Shown here piece by piece: positions 62,581 through 64,000 of a stretch of DNA of 64,000 nt. A model generated the notes under the pieces. It worked only from the letters and a program-made list of their open reading frames with translations, searched no databases and had not been told where the DNA came from. The stretch lies in the NCBI GenBank assembly GCA_964106915.2, contig OZ066914.1. One strand, given 5' to 3'. Source of the DNA: Podarcis gaigeae. Taxonomy: Eukaryota. Both the position numbers and the translations under genes were made by a program. How positions within the stretch are numbered: position 1 is the first letter of the stretch; each line of letters starts with the position of its first letter.

Positions 62581-63679
62581 CTGCAAAGAAAAGAAAAATG
62601 TTAAAATGCGGGATTCTTAAAGAAAGCTTTCAGGAAAAAATGGTTTTTAGAACATCCATCCTCACAAAGTTGGCGTGAAAGAGATCCCTTTCTGTTTTAC
62701 CAACTGGGACTCGTGACTGGGAAAGCCATCTAGAGTATCGACAACAACCTTCCAAACCCAAAACAGCAATTCCAAATGTACTGTTCAAAACACTAGGTAT
62801 ACCATATGAACTGCACCAGATGAAATGTTAAAAGGGGGAACTCAGGAAATGTGGCGAGCCAAGATCCTGAAAATCCAAATGTCTGCACACCCAAGATCCC
62901 TGCGAAGCACCAATAATGGAAACACAAGGAACTCTCTTATATGTTCAAATTTGCATCTTTTGGAGTGGCCATAGTACAGCCTCTGTTACAATGCTGCTAC
63001 TTCACATCCATACTAAGAGAAACGGAAAACGCTAACTGCAGAATCATTTAAAACTCTGCTTCTGCCAGTTCCAAGGTAACGTCTTTCTACCGTGTGAAGG
63101 ATGAAGCCTCTTGCCTTGGCTGAGATGTTCTAATGTTGAAGAGAGGGTTAGAGAAAAATATTTGTGAGCCAAGAAGCCTTAAAACACTCCAGAGTCTAAG
63201 GCCGTCATATAATCTGTTCGACTCCAATCATTCTCCTAATGTTTCATGCCTTTAGTATGCAACTGGCTGGTGAGAAAGCATTCAAAACAAAATTCACGAT
63301 TTTTGCAATTTAAACTTGACGGGAAAACACCCACGTTTATGCACAGCACATGGCGTTTCTGTGTCAGCAGCTCAAAGAAAACCCCAAGCATTGGGAACAT
63401 CTGTGATTCAGACCCATTAGATGGCTTAGCTGCCTCAAACAACGCTATTGGCTAGTGACTCATTTCGGCTAATGAACCAGACACGCTTAACAGCTAACTA
63501 AAGAGAAACCATCAGGCTAGTTTTTAACAGTACTGATTCCGCCAAAATATTCCTTGAGCGTTAAATGAAGCAGTAATAACAGGCTATGATCTACAGGATG
63601 ACTCAACATAGCTGAGGGTTAGCAAGTCTCGTTCTATAGCAAGCAGAGATACCAAGTGTGACTATGGGAAGTGGCTTAC

Positions 63680-63846
63680 CTCTGTGCTGCCATTCGAGAT
63701 CTTGATCATTCTGTCAACGTATTCGCGGGCTTTCTCGTGGCGCCCAATATGCCACAAGAACAAGCCTGCAAAATACAACGCCTGCTGCCCTGCTACTTTG
63801 CGTTGCTCCTTCAGCTTGGCATCCAGCTCCACAATGGCTTCTCGAT
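63680..63846 (-). CDS. TTC21B: TTC21B exon 4 (gene continues beyond window)
   Basis: [55 protein letters not shown]; 167 nt. Confidence 0.95.
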
Positions 63847-64000
63847 CTGATTAAAATCAGTAAAGCGGTGGTTATTTAAAGCATAACAGTGGGTGTGTGG
63901 AAAGGGCCCGATTCGGCCTACTGTCTTCGGTACATGCTACAGATATATGGCAAGACGTCATGCAACAGGGGCAAACTCCCTACCGCCATGGTTTAACAGT

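Overview
Vertebrate nuclear DNA, most likely from a squamate and probably a lacertid lizard (inferred from Sauria SINEs and associated lizard MITE/LINE families). The window holds the syntenic block CSRNP3(+) / GALNT3(-) / TTC21B(-). It contains the last two coding exons and probable long 3'UTR of CSRNP3, and a complete GALNT3: 10 coding exons read by hand with canonical GT-AG boundaries, 1902 nt = 633 aa, plus a CpG-island non-coding exon 1. It also contains TTC21B/IFT139 exons 4-29 (3689 coding nt, all phases compatible, no stops); the 5' end lies beyond the window. Exon numbering follows my recollection of the human genes. Introns and intergenic DNA contain Sauria SINEs, tRNA-head/CR1-tail SINEs, hAT and Tc1/mariner-superfamily MITEs, L1/L2/CR1 fragments and a solo LTR. 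There is one 203-N assembly gap. Most short ORFs in the supplied track are spurious. I found no evidence of a wholly new gene system. The most interesting observations are: two SINE subfamilies inserted at the same nucleotide; SINEs with swapped tRNA heads on a shared tail; a sense-oriented solo LTR carrying a 109-codon open frame inside TTC21B; an internally inverted SINE; a ZEB/Snail-type E-box cluster and uORFs at GALNT3; and inverted SINE pairs flanking GALNT3 exons.
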